A stretch of DNA of 54,515 nucleotides, counting the filler, from Bipalium vagum (Eukaryota), in the NCBI GenBank assembly GCA_037834085.1. It is 3 parts of 3 records of this genome, joined end to end, with 100 filler letters (N's around TTAATTAATTAA, not from the genome) between each part and the next. Parts side by side here need not be neighbours in the genome. Positions count along the whole stretch, not along the records: positions 1 to 18,716 come from JBBMKC010021736.1; 2 more parts are not named here. One strand, 5' to 3'. Position numbers and translations under genes: made by a program. Below, in pieces: positions 1 through 12,917 of this stretch. Each line of letters opens with the position of its first letter. The first letter of the stretch is position 1. The notes under the pieces were generated by a model, which saw only the letters and a list, made by a program, of their open reading frames with translations, was not told where the DNA came from and searched no databases.

Positions 1-70
<70 letters not shown>
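1..70. repeat. (TAA)n microsatellite at the window start
   Basis: Pure TAA tandem run read directly. Confidence 0.98.
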
Positions 71-164
71 CTAATCTATAATTATGTATTATAATTAATT
101 ATGGAAATAATTACAATTTCCTATTATTAATGAACGGCAGTCAATATTTTTATTATTATTTCAG

Positions 165-272
165 GCATCTGTATTATGTGACATCATAGTCTTGCACGTA
201 TTACGGTCGAAGGATGTCTACCAGAGAGCTAAATATCAAACAGTTGTCCAGGATGATAAATTTGTTAACCAA
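165..272 (+). CDS. p2x: P2X purinergic receptor, internal exon encoding the end of TM2 and the start of the C-terminal tail
   Basis: Acceptor ttcag| and donor |gtatgt, phase 0/0. Translates to ASVLCDIIVLHVLRSKDVYQRAKYQTVVQDDKFVNQ, matching the P2X4-type ATVLCDIIVLY...YREKKY segment, with the conserved TM2 Asp and YxxxK motif. Family recognised from memory, no search run. Confidence 0.88.
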
Positions 273-1289
273 GTATGTTAAATTAACTTTTAATACAGTA
301 AATAGAAACTAAATCGGAAATAATACAGGAAATAATTAAGAAAATTCTGACACTATCTTAATTTCTGCTTGATTTATAAGAGAAAGGAATATTGCTTCTT
401 TTTTATTTTATATATACATTATAATCTACTTTCGGCATAAATCGAAATAATTGACTTGATATATTAAAAATATGGGACTGTGTTCCATTTTGAATGTTAT
501 TATAACGGCGTTACTAAAAGCTATCCAAACTTTATTTAATATTTAATGAAAAATTTTTTTTTTCTTTAATTAATTATGATATAATCAGAACGAATATAGG
601 GAAAAATCAAATAATAAAAAAATATTTAAGGTAATTTTTATAAGTGGTTATTATTTGAAGTTTATGATTAGTTCTATGATATTATTTGTCATTAATATGT
701 ATTTTTTCAATTATGTTTGATAAAGTTTGAGATTTTTATTTTCGTTTTTCTTAATTTTTATAATTTTGAAAACTTATTAATCAAGTAAAAAACGAGTGTC
801 ATGAAATTTAAAATTTGAGAATCTTTCTTTTCTTTAAGAGAAAGTAAAGAAAATAATAAATCAACTACCTATGATAACATTGAGCTACATATCCTTTGAA
901 TAGATTGTCGCAAATAAAAAGAAATTCGGTATATCGTACTTATTTCTATTATGATTTGTCTTAGGCATCTCAAAAAGTTTTAAATTATTATTTTTCATTC
1001 CTTTCATAATGTCAAAATAATAAAAAACACTCTATCCATAGGGCAAGCAATGGATAATAATTTCACAAATGTTTATATTCAAGGCCAAAAATTAATTCAC
1101 GTGAACTTTCATTAACTTCAAAATGTTAATAATTTTACGATTTATAAAACGAGCACTGACAAAATATTTGGTTGTGCAATAGGTTCTGCATTATTTTTAT
1201 CAATATTAAAAGACGAATTTCTAATACATAAATCTTTATTTTATTCACAAAAACATTGATCGTTTTTTTCGATTCCAACACTATTCCCA

Positions 1290-2040
1290 GGTTCATAAAA
1301 ACTTTAGGACTTTTCTGTAAAAAAATTTTCACACTCCTTGGCATCCTCAATTGAATGAAGTTTTTGTTTGTCCAGGTTACTTTAAAGTGATCAGAATAGA
1401 TGGAAATCCGAATGAGCGAGTACGATAGGTGCTGCAATGCTTCCAAACTGAGGTCTTTTATTTTGTATTTGGCTGTCAAAGCAATGTGTGATTTAGCGTT
1501 AAGCTGGTGAAAGACAACATTATATCTGGTCACTAATTCCCGTCAATCAAAATCCTGATCATAATACCTCTCCGTATTGATAGTAGGCCACTTAGAAGCA
1601 ACTCATAATAAATAATCTTCTTTCAATCCCACCAAATGCATAACATAATCAACTTGGGATGAAAATCTGATTTTGCAGCTGCTTGCGATGAATTACATGT
1701 ACGCACCCTGACCACCGACGCCTAATGTTGTTGTAAGCAACCAGTTTTTCGATCCCAATTATAATGCACCACAACATAGGTTCTATCTATTCAATTTTTC
1801 CACAGTGATCCGATCAGAAATTTTCTTTTGGGTCGATTCGTGAGGGACCTGCATATCCATCTTTTTGGTCATTCTTAGATTTTTTAAAATTCTTCGTAAT
1901 TGTGTAATATTTACTACCCACGTTCTGCACTATTTCTCGTGTTGAGATATGCCGACCTGCTTTGATTGTGGCAAAGATTTCGTTGTTATTAATGAATAGA
2001 TAGCGATCTTTTTGGATACTATCTTGAAGGCTGAAAATTC
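1290..2040 (-). mobile_element. Degenerate mariner (DD34D-type) transposase relic in the P2X intron
   Basis: Fragments RYNVVFHQLNAKSHIA...LEALQHLSYS (cf. VVFHHDNARPH...EVLPHPPYSPDL), MLCIWW..IIYYELL and an HTH region (ISTREIVQNVG). Contains stops and frameshifts; ends approximate. Confidence 0.75.
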
Positions 2041-2492
2041 CAGAACTGAAATGCGCAAATTCAAGAATCACTGACAATTCTCAACCTTATTTATTAAAAA
2101 AATATCTCAGAAATCAGATAAAATTCTGTATTTATGAAATAAGCCAATATATATTTATATTTGAAAAATATAAATTTTTTTGTTTTAGTATAATTATTTG
2201 TCATTTAATTATATTTTTTATTTATATTTATATTTATATTTAATTAATAATCCAGTTTTATTTAAATGGGAATTTTTTAAAACAAATGATCGTAAATATA
2301 ATTTCACATCTAAAAATGAACTTTTATAAACAAAGCAACGGGAATATTTTGTTTTATCCTAATACCAACACTGGCCTGAAACCTTTTTAAAATTTATTGA
2401 CCTGTATGGGTTTTAATTGAAAACGAGATTATGAAATATGAAATGAAAATTTTTGATAAATTTTTGATAAATAAATAAAAATATTAATATTA

Positions 2493-3863
2493 TCTGGTGG
2501 CTGAGAATAAATGGGACACTTTAAAAACGTCGAATAATAAATGAATAAATTTAAGAACACCCAAATAAAAATATATACCGATAAACAACATGAGTATATA
2601 TTATAATATTTAAGTATTATACTATAAATACTATTTTATAATTAAAATATATTATATTATAATTATTATAATATAATATAATATAATATTTATTAAAGTT
2701 AAAAAATTAATCAACTAAATATTTTCTTCATTTCGTCGTAATCTAAAACATCTTTTAGTCCATGAGTTCACACTGCACTTACAGCATCTTGTCTAATTTT
2801 TTTGAATCTTTTCAAAATTTCTTGTTTAGGTGTGTTTTTGTTTAAATTTTTTTTCAAATCCATATTCCAACACAGTTCGGTCCAAATTGAATAATATAAC
2901 GGGCTTAAATCAGGACAGCTTGGAGGCCATTTATCAGAAGGAATAAAGGAATTAAAATGGGTTTTACACAATCTTGTGTACGTTTTGCTGTATGAGCAGT
3001 ACAGCCATCTTGTTGAAACATTCAATTATCCCCCATCTATTTTTTACCTTCTTTGAGTGCTACTGGTAATAAATTCTCAATATAAGTATTACAATTTACT
3101 TTTCCCTCTAGGAATACAACTTTTTGGTTCCATTGTAACATGCACTCATTCATATCATTAAATTAGAAGAAAATTTAAGTTTTTGATGACTGTTTTGTAA
3201 ATCAGCTTCAGATCTAGTTGTAGCTCATATTCTTGTGCTTTGTGAATTGTAAAAGCCATTGATAGTAAACTTTTTTTCATCAGAAAATAGAATTTTTCAT
3301 TCTTAAAAATACTTATTTGCACCAAATTCACAAAACTAATTCACTAATAACTAAACAAATAAAGTATTGACCGTTTGCAATACGATTTAAACTAAAAATC
3401 TTCTTTCAAAAGAACGTTGTACAGTATTTCTATGCACATCTAGCTTTTGGACAATTACTTTGTTCTCACATTTTTCTGTTTCAACAGTCTCCTCACGCTT
3501 TTTATTACTTCTTTTGTCCTTGATGTTTATTTTCTACCTATAGGAGATTTGAATATTAACTTACCCTGCTTATTGAATCTTGTGATCCACCGTTGCAATG
3601 TGGACTTTGAAACATAACCCCTTAAATGGTTTGATATTTCTCATAAACTCTTACTTTCTTCTGCAAGGTTCTATGCCAAATCTTGAATACCAATAGATTT
3701 CATTAAATAATAGTATTTTGAAAGGCTGATAATAATATTACTATTGAGTATTTGTTAAGGTCATTGTTAATAAGATTTACCAAAACAAAATTGTAAAAAT
3801 AGATTTCAGAAAATACAGCAAAAAATAATTAATCAAGTGTCCCATTTATTTTGAGCCACCCAA
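2493..3863 (-). mobile_element. Full-span decayed Tc1/mariner element (maT/DD37D-like) with both TIRs and TA flanks
   Basis: TIRs 2493-2521 and 3835-3863 match at 25/29 as an inverted pair, with TA on both sides. Transposase remnants: ILFSDEKKF, FQQDG.TAHTAK, FIPSDKWPPSCPDLSPL. Confidence 0.88.
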
Positions 3864-4167
3864 TATATTCTAAAATATTGTTCTTATATAATTAGTATTT
3901 TTACAATAACTTGTGGAATTACTTAAGTGTGAAGAAAAATACAGCTCTTATCAAAATTATATACTTTAATTTTGACAGGTCCCAAAACTATTATATATTA
4001 TTAATAAACTGTTGTATATGCTAAAATTCATAAAAAATTCCAACGAAGGGTTTTGAACAAGAATATTTATAGAAATATTCTATTATACTTTTATATTATT
4101 TTATTTTTTAAAACTACGAAGAAATGATATTGTTTTTCCTGTTTTGCAAACGAAATTTTCTGTTTAG

Positions 4168-4248
4168 ATTAGCAGAGATAAAACAGAAACATCAAAATTA
4201 TGTATATCTCCTGAGAATAATACTGAATCACATGGACTGAAATTATGA
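4168..4248 (+). CDS. p2x: Probable terminal coding exon of the P2X receptor
   Basis: Acceptor ttttctgtttag|, phase 0, compatible with the exon 165-272 donor. Translates to ISRDKTETSKLCISPENNTESHGLKL-stop. No homology support. Confidence 0.6.
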   Translation: MSRDKTETSKLCISPENNTESHGLKL

Positions 4249-7085
4249 TAATTTGCAATGAAAAAATATTCCTACATTTATATATTTTGTTGTTTTTACT
4301 TTAATTAAAAAGTACTGTTGATTTTTGGATATATAATCCAGTCTTTTTGTTTGGCAAACTATTGGAAAATAATTTTTATAAATTATATAAATTGATAGTC
4401 GCTAATTAGTTTATGGTGTAATCTAAATTTAGTAATCAACTCTAATTATGTATATGAATTTTAATAAATAAATAATCTCTATATCCAATTTGTTTTAATA
4501 TATTGATTTTTTTTCAACAATTCTGCTTATTTATCGAATTTTGAGTTGGCCGGTTAATTGAAACCAATAACAGAGTCTTAGGGGAATGATAGGGGATCAA
4601 ATTTGATCATATCGGTATAAAAATTAAATTATTTAAACCTTAGGCAGTAAATTAGTATTTATTTCTAATTTTGTTTGTCAGTTATGAGTGTTAGGGGCAA
4701 AAAATATGAGATTGGTTTTGTTAATATTGTAAGATTTATTATCTTCTACAATCAATTATTAACATTAGTTAACTGAATTAAAACAAAATCGAAGTGTGGT
4801 GTAAGTTAATCTTTTTTTAAAAATTATTTTTTTGACGAATTTCCAAATATATTTACTGACCTATTTTAATTGTTTCCTCACCTCTCTGTAGAGGTAAATG
4901 AAAAACAGTTTGTCCAAAAATATTTTTTGTCACAATTCACAAACTCTTACAATCTTTATTTTAAGTCTTTTCTTATTATTTATGGTTTTAATATAATCAT
5001 CTTGATTCCTGATATTCGGAAGAGGGTCTGTGTCATAAAAAATGCATACCTGTAACACAAGGTTAACCTGTACTGAATTGAGAATATATATATATATATA
5101 CATATATAAAGAAAAATAAGAAGTAGTAAAGTGTTCACGAAGAATTTATTATAGTCACCAGAAAAATATTTATTTAGTTATTATCTAATTTGGATTTCAA
5201 GAAATGGAAAAAATAACATTCCAAAAAATAACCAAAGTGTATTCTTTGAAGATAAAATTCTCTATTACCAGTTGTAAGAATGTGATTAAAATTAATCCAT
5301 TACATTTAATGTTTTATATAAGTATAATATAAATAACCCTTTAATTAAAGTTTTTAATGAAGTTTTAAAAGTTAAAAATTCTTTTAAGTTTACAAATATA
5401 TTAAATATATATAAATAAATAATATATATAATTAAACACATTATTTTTTAAAAGAAAATTATTAAAACAATTTTGTGGTAAAATAAACCAATATAAATAA
5501 AATGGATAAAACGCGTTCAGCATCCAATTTTACCCATATTATTTTTCAAATCTTTAGACTTAGGTTGAATATCGCTTGTTTTTATCTACTTTATCAAGAC
5601 TAATATTTTCATAATTTTACATTTTTATAAGTACCAAAAATAGTTCCAATTTAGACCCTAACAAAATGTAATTAAATTTGTTTAGTACCAGATAATAAAA
5701 AAATATATTAGTCATAATAATAATAATAATAATAAAATATTGTTATAATAATAAAATTAATTTAATAAATTTTTTAATGTGGAGACTCCAACATTAGTCA
5801 AAACAAAAATACTGGACTAAAACATTGAACAATATTTAATTATTTTCATTATTTTCATTTATGTAAATTAATAAACATTTTTAGTTGCATATGTATTATT
5901 TATCACCAGTCATTACATAATATAAAAGAAAACTCCAAATAAATATTAGTAATAAAAATAATAAAAATTAGTCTTTCTAATTCTCTTATCAAAAATATTA
6001 TTATACCTGTAAATAAATACAATATAAAAAATAAAATTATTATCATTGTTATTGTTAGAAATAGTATTATCTTTGTAATTAGATAAAATATAAAAATTAA
6101 TAGAAATATTGTTATATTATTGTTAGAAATAATATATAAACAGTTAAAAATAAATTATTGTGTAAATACGAGGAGTCACCATAATATTTAATGAGTCATA
6201 AATTTATTTCGCTGATTGTTTTACCTCTCAAAAAACAATGTTTGAAGAGGACTCGAAATTTGTAATTTTCCATTTTCATATTGATAATTGTTATTGACAA
6301 CTTTGAAATGTGATATAATTAAAACAATTTTATGTATTTATCTGAAATTTCGGATTTTACATTTTTAATGTCTAAATTGTTTATAAACAACGTTTAAAAT
6401 CACTAGTGCTAATTTTTTTATTTTTCTCGGACTTATTGAACCGCCCTTGTATAAAAAATAACATACTTTTACTACATGTAGAAAATAAGTACAAAAAGGA
6501 AATTTAGAAAATAATGACAAATACAAAAATAATAAATTAAAATAAATAGGGACTAATATTAAGAAATGTAATATTTCTAACTTTAGAAATTAATATTAAA
6601 TTATTAGTATATAAAGCAATAAAAAATTATAAAATCAAACCTTAATCATCAGTAATTCGAGAACATCACGATTTGATTTTTAAACAATATTCGAAAATCA
6701 TCCAATAATAAGTCGTCTACATTTGTATAAAAACGAATATTGGAATCGATACCAAAAATCAAACAAATATTATATTCTATTTCGACAAGGTGATTTATCA
6801 CATAGTGGAGTTCATTTTATGCTTAGAATATTTTAAGTTAGTTTTGTTGCATAATTATTCCTTTTATTCATTCCAGTTATAAATTCGTAAATGAAAATTA
6901 TTAGTAATTGTGAAACATTAATATGGGGCTTGTTTTAGTAACTAAAACAAAATAATGAATCCTATTAATTAATTATTATTCTTTGATTATTATGGATTTA
7001 AAAACAGTGTGAATCATCACTGATTCGTTTAAATTATATATTTTTAAATTTTACTTCCGCTAAATAAATATCAGGAACACTAGGA

Positions 7086-8173
7086 TCAAATGAAGTTCCA
7101 TCCCAGCTTATCATAGATTTTTTTTGGTAAATCTATGAACCGACTAAGGTAATGACCGGATTGTTTCTTCAAGAATCTTTGAATCTAAGAGCGAGAAAAT
7201 TTCTATTTTTAATTAATAGGATTTTTAAATAATTTGAGTTTTTCCTTAAATGAAGAACGATAACAAATTTTATTGGAATCAATAAAAATTTGGTCTTAAG
7301 TTGTAAAATCTTTTAAAACTCTGTAATTGTGATAAAAATTAAATATATTTGTTTAAAATATTTATGGTAATTTTCTCATCTGTCTAACTTCTTATTGAAA
7401 ACATTTACCGTTAGGACTTTGTTTAATATTTTTAGGTCTTAAAAATAATATTAATAACTGAATAATATTTTTTACCACAATCAAAGCCTCAACGTTGATA
7501 GCCTGGAAGGGCCTAAATTCATTAATTCTACCCGACAAGAACTTTCACAATTTTCTTTTATGTACTAACGGACTTTTAAATTAATTTTTAATCAATTTTC
7601 GATACCTCTTCTTCACGTTGGCAGCTGACGCTGCCTGAAAGATTTTTTTGATTGCACTCATGTGAGCCAATATTGGAAAGTAGACTTTCATGTCTGATAG
7701 TATGTATGAAATTGTTCACTTTGTTCTCAAAAGTAATGTCTTTAGCTTGGTTAGACAGTGAACGTAAAAGATAAAAATGTTTTGTCTGCTGACTTCGACG
7801 GTGTTGAAGAACATCTATAATGAGCAATTAGAGATAGGTTTCTCGGTGGCTTATCCTTTCTTTTCTGTTTTATAATGTTGAAATGACTTTGAGATCAGAA
7901 ATCATAAGAGTTTTCAACCTAAGAACGGAGACTAGTCAACTTATTAAATACAAAACAGTAATCATTAAAAGTTAAAGAAAAGTTCAGTTGATTTTAAATT
8001 TTTATTGGTAATTTATACAATGGTAAGCGTGTCGTTTATTTTGCAGGAATCACTTGGTCAATCAGATGAACCAAGAACATCACATACATTTTGATAAGAA
8101 AAAATCAATAATATGTCAATAATTTTATAAAAAATCATAACCAGCTTGGAGTCACAGGTTCCACATCGTTCAT
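7086..8173 (-). CDS. Six-exon small uncharacterised gene (about 107 aa); exons 8173-8142, 7918-7888, 7814-7720, 7634-7606, 7512-7476, 7184-7086
   Basis: All introns are GT-AG. Phases agree at four of five junctions. Product: MNDVEPVTPSWLKTLMISDLK / (D)VLQHRRSQQTKHFYLLRSLSNQAKDITFENKAASAANVKKRPFQAINVEALIVIQRFLKKQSGHYLSRFIDLPKKIYDKLGWNFI-stop. The exon 2/3 junction is one base short. Confidence 0.62.
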
Positions 8174-8795
8174 CAACCACCGTGGTTATTTTTCTATACT
8201 AGAATTAGAATACTTCAGATTACGTCTTCGAACATGAAAACGAAAATTATTTTTGTTTCTTTGATGTTTTAAATGAAAAAATGATTTCATTTTTAAAATT
8301 TTCTACAATGAATCAGGTTAAAAATTAAAATATAAAATTACAGAAAATAATTGTGAATTTAGATATAGATATTAGTAAAAATTGGATTAATAACTAAATG
8401 TAAAATACTCAAGGATAAGAGTAAAAAACCTTAATATATGTCTTATACAGTAAATTTAAAATTATCAATTTATTAAGATTAAAGTAAATTGTATCTTCAA
8501 ATTTTTTATTTTAATACTTTTCTTAATAACAAAATAAATTAACTAAATTATATGACTGTATCAAAGCATAGAATATATATTTTAAAAACGTATCTAAAAA
8601 TCATAAAATTAAAAATACCAATGACAGTTAAGCCATTGTTTTTTTTGAATATTTTTTTTAATTAAATTAATCATCCTATAATCAACTCTTGCTCTTGTTT
8701 TATCAAAATATTGTGTTTATTTTTTCAAATAGTGTAATTTCAATTTCTTTGTAATTAATTTTATTAATTATTATTAATTAGATTGATAAATTTTA

Positions 8796-8847
8796 ATGTC
8801 TTTTGAAAAAAATGATTTAAGGATAGTAAATATTCAATTTGAAACCG
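8796..8847 (+). CDS. akna: AKNA-like gene, first coding exon
   Basis: ATG at 8796, MSFEKNDLRIVNIQFET, phase-1 donor |gtcagt, 54-nt intron to the acceptor at 8901. Confidence 0.6.
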
Positions 8848-8901
8848 GTCAGTTTATAAATTTGAACAGATAAATATTAAGAAGATAAATATGTTTTTCA
8901 G

Positions 8902-9059
8902 ATGATATGATTGAATCACGAAATAATTCACGTAATTCTATGAATGATGAGTTGCTAAGTCATTATTCTTATACTGATTCTGACCTGCATGATTTTCAAA
9001 AATTGGAAAAAGATATTTATGGTTCACATGGAGATGATGAATCGTCTCAAGATCACGAT
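8902..9059 (+). CDS. akna: AKNA-like gene, exon 2
   Basis: ttttcag| ... |gtatgt; acidic/Ser-rich DMIESRNNSRNSMNDELL...DHD; followed by a 58-nt intron. Confidence 0.75.
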
Positions 9060-9117
9060 GTATGTTTTTTATTAGTAATGTATAATCATAATATATAATC
9101 ATTTAAATATTTCTCAG

Positions 9118-9306
9118 ATGATGCAGGAATTTCTGGAGGACGTGACTGATGAGCAGACAGAATCTCTGGACTTTGTACGTCCCCACGTTCCAGTCAGACC
9201 TTCGTTAGGAAATCCAATTGATACTTATGATCAATTGCAAATGCATTACGAACCTCTAAAGCATTCTGAGAATAGTAAAAAGTCTACCTTGAATCACAAT
9301 TACAAA
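9118..9306 (+). CDS. akna: AKNA-like gene, exon 3
   Basis: ttctcag| ... |gtatgg, phase 0/0; MMQEFLEDVTDEQ...NHNYK. Confidence 0.75.
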
Positions 9307-12300
9307 GTATGGTCTTTCAATCTTTTCTGAAAAAAAATTAATATTAAAATATCATAATTGTTTTAAAAATTAACTCCATTTGATTATGTTATTGATTTTT
9401 TGAGAATTTAAAGTACGGATATTTTATATAAGTGTCTCTTAGATTTTGTTTATTTCCCCGTGTAAGAACTCATTATTGCTTTTTTTGATAAATATTTATT
9501 TATTAAACATGTGGATATTGATTTTGTTGATCTAACGAAGTTGTGTCCAAAGTATTATTACGGACATATTACGGAAATTAATAACTCGTTATGAGCCCCT
9601 CATCCACAGATATCATGTAGTTTATTTAGGAATGATCAAATTTGCAAAGTTATTTGTGGGGTAACGGAATAAAGGTTTTAAATAAGAGCCACAGCAGTAC
9701 TGTACCAAAAAACATCAAAGAGATGAATGAATAACAAAGAATAAGTAGATGTCGGTAAGATCGTGAATGTGAGATATGACACTGCTTCATATTATGAATA
9801 ACGGAACTGTAATCCGATGTTCGTTTCAAATTTAAGCAATGTTGGACTGAAGATGCTCATTTGTTCGTAGCTCTTGTTACCATCTCTAATAGAGAATGTT
9901 TGGTAAAATATTTGTGAATGAAATTTTTGATAGCTGCTAATTGTTTTTTGAGACCAGTCGGGCACTAAAAATCAGACCCGGGCCGCACTTTGGTCACTCC
10001 AGGTCTGATATCTATTGAAGATTGTTTTTATTTCTATATTAGTTTAAGACTAATGATAATCGGCCCGATGTGTTTTGAAACAATTGAAAAGTGATGTCAT
10101 CAGTCCGTTCTCGGTGGCACAGTGCGTGTGACCATCTCTGTGTTTTGTTTTGTTAGGATTAGTTTCATAATTCATTTGAATTATAGGTTTTTTTGTTCTC
10201 TTTTATCAGAGTATTTCGACCGACCTTTATTTTGTAAAGAAATCGAAGAAATCAATTATATTTCTTAGAATATGTGATATCTCAAATATAATTTTCACCA
10301 AAAGAAGTTGACTTCAATCTGACGCTATTTGACTAATAATTTCGCCTGAACATCTTTCACTGTTGTGACCTTCAGATCACAAAAACACCAATTCTCTTTG
10401 AAATTAGTAATTCTCTCTAGTGGCACTGAAATATTTCATCAAAATGTCACTTAGAAAATCCCAAAACCGTTTTCACATACCAATTTATTCTGAATCATAG
10501 ATTATCACTCACCGTGGTCGAATCAGCTCGTTCAACTATTTTCAAGAACTGGTCTCAGTCTTACCAATTTCCAGGAAATATTCTTTTTTAGACAAACTGT
10601 TTGTCTCTGGTAAATTATTTCAGCAATTTTGTCCACTGATCTCTCACATTGATAATTTCTCCAATCAGTCGTTATCGATTTTTATTTGTTTCTCTATGCA
10701 ATTTTTCTTTCAATCATTTTCTGTGGATTCTTTTTTTCAACCAATCTAAATAAGTTTGGAAATAAAAAATTATTATTAATTAATTAATCAAAAAATGATA
10801 TTTATTAAATGGTTTTCTTTTCCCACGAATGACTTTTATTGGTACTTAGAAAGAAGACGTCTGCACTTTATCTCGAAATTATTTTCTTTCTATTTTATAC
10901 ATATTCCAAGTTTAATTATTTCTTTTCAATATTTCAAAGGATATATCTTTGTCAAATCTGTGATATTTTGGTTTTGATAAAAAATTAATAATAGTTTGTT
11001 CTTATTCCGATTAGCAAAACTCTAATTATAATTGGGAGAATTTCTTTTTCAGCATTATTCATTTCATATAAATTTTCCCTTTTTTGAAATGAAATCGTTA
11101 TATTAATTTTACTTATGTAATTTTATTGATTTTCTTCAAAAATTGTTAATTTTTCTGGAATAATTAGTAAAATTCTATTATTTATGAAAAATCAATTAAA
11201 TATCAAATCAATAATAAAATCATTCCAGTTTATTAAAAAAAATTAATTACAAACCTGTTCGAAAAGAAAATTTTTTTCTAAATTTTTTATTTTTTAAAGT
11301 TTTTATGACTGAGTCTGTAGGAATTGGAATATCTCACTTTAGATTTATATTTAATGAAAAAAAAAGAAAAAATTGAAAGAAAAAACGATTCTTGAAGTCC
11401 GTCATAAATTTCGTTTAAAAATCATACTTCATTGTAACCAATTTAATGAGAATATTTCACCGTGGTTTCAACTTTTTAATTTCGAAAAATAATGTCAATG
11501 AAATTTTAGAAAATAGAACACATATATTATATGCATTTCTGTTTTGATAAGTGTTAACGTAGCATTAATACGCAACGACTTTGTTTTGTTATTCCATGAC
11601 TCCAGAAGTTGCTAAGCGTTGTCAAGTGAAATGCTTATTGAGATTTTCTGAATTCTGGTGGCCTTTTAAGGTAAAACTGGTTGTGTCTACCTTTGATTAA
11701 AGTCTTTTGTTTTTATTTTAGTAGACGTTCATAACCGAATAATTAAGTTTAATTGGCATTTGGTTCTCAAATTTTCTAATAATGTAGAGAGCTGCATCTT
11801 TTTTTTTATTAATATTGTTCTATTCTTTTAATCTTTTGATAAATTTTAATTTTTTTGTACCCCAAAAACCATGATCAAAAATTCAAATTGAAATTACCAA
11901 TAGTTTTATAAAAAAATACAGATAGAAATGAAAATATTTTTATCAAAATAGTATTAATTACAATTTAAAATTTAATAAAAAAATATCAGAAATATTTTTT
12001 TAAAAAATTTTATTTCAACATTTTCAAATGTAATAAACTTTTAAAATTATTATTATTATTATAATATCATCTTGCCACGAGAATATTATACTGTCAAGTT
12101 CTTGATAGCTGTTTACATAAATTAAATCCATAAAATTAAGTTCAAGAAGAACATGAAGTATACCGGAATTTTAATTTTAATTCAACATGTCAGTTCATTG
12201 GTTATTTAATTTCTACAGAATAGTATTTTTAGATAATATTTTATTATTATTTTAATATCAGAACGAATCTTATTATTTTTCAACTAAAATTAACCGTATC

Positions 12301-12917
12301 GAACTAATAATAAGTCATCCTGTTTGTAATGCATTACTTTCTATGTAATACAACTTATTCATGTTTTCAAGCTTTATTTAGACATCGAAGAGCATAAATC
12401 ATTGGAAATTTAGTTATCTTTGACAATATGAGAAAAAGTGATATAAAAAAACGTTTTTGGCAGTTGAACACTTTAAGTCTCAATAAAATTATTAAATATT
12501 TGAAAGTTAAAAATTAGTTTTAATGGTTTTTTTAAGTATTGAATAATCAATTATGCCTTGGTTCGTTATTATTACATGAAATTTCGGAAGTCAATTATTT
12601 CCCAATTTATTTAGCTGCTGCGGAAAAAATTCAAGTTTTCATAAATTGAAATTCTTCCCAGTTGAGGGAAACTGTCAATATAATTAAATAAATAAATACT
12701 AAACATTTTTGCACAAATTGTTTAGGTTTTTGTGTATTTATTATTTTGTGTGTTAAATAGAAAACGTTGGTTCAAGTGTAGAATTCATGTTATATTATTA
12801 TTTCATTGGCATCGCTATTCTTACATAATCTTAAAACTGGGAAAACTTAATTGATTAAAATCCAAGACATGCTTTAAATTCATTTTTGTACACGTATCAT
12901 TTTTTCCGATCTATTAG

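Noticed and set aside
1-70. Terminal (TAA)n runs as telomeres or CRISPR-like repeats
   Set aside because: They are simple trinucleotide microsatellites, also found internally, with no TTAGGG array or repeat-spacer structure.
6168-6451. MITE bounded by TACGAGG... and ...CCCTTGTA
   Set aside because: Each end looks like a mariner TIR, but the two match each other poorly, so they are not supportable as one element.
7588-7827. 79-aa single-exon ORF as a complete gene
   Set aside because: Better explained as exon 3 plus intron read-through of the spliced minus-strand gene.
7888-7900. Antizyme-like +1 frameshift or selenocysteine at TTC TGA T
   Set aside because: The required shift is in the wrong direction for antizyme, the protein is not antizyme-like, and no SECIS was identified.
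8047-8094. Plus-strand exon-like ESLGQSDEPRTSHTF-stop after ttttgcag
   Set aside because: Short, no homology, no clear upstream partner, and it lies antisense within an intron of the minus-strand gene.
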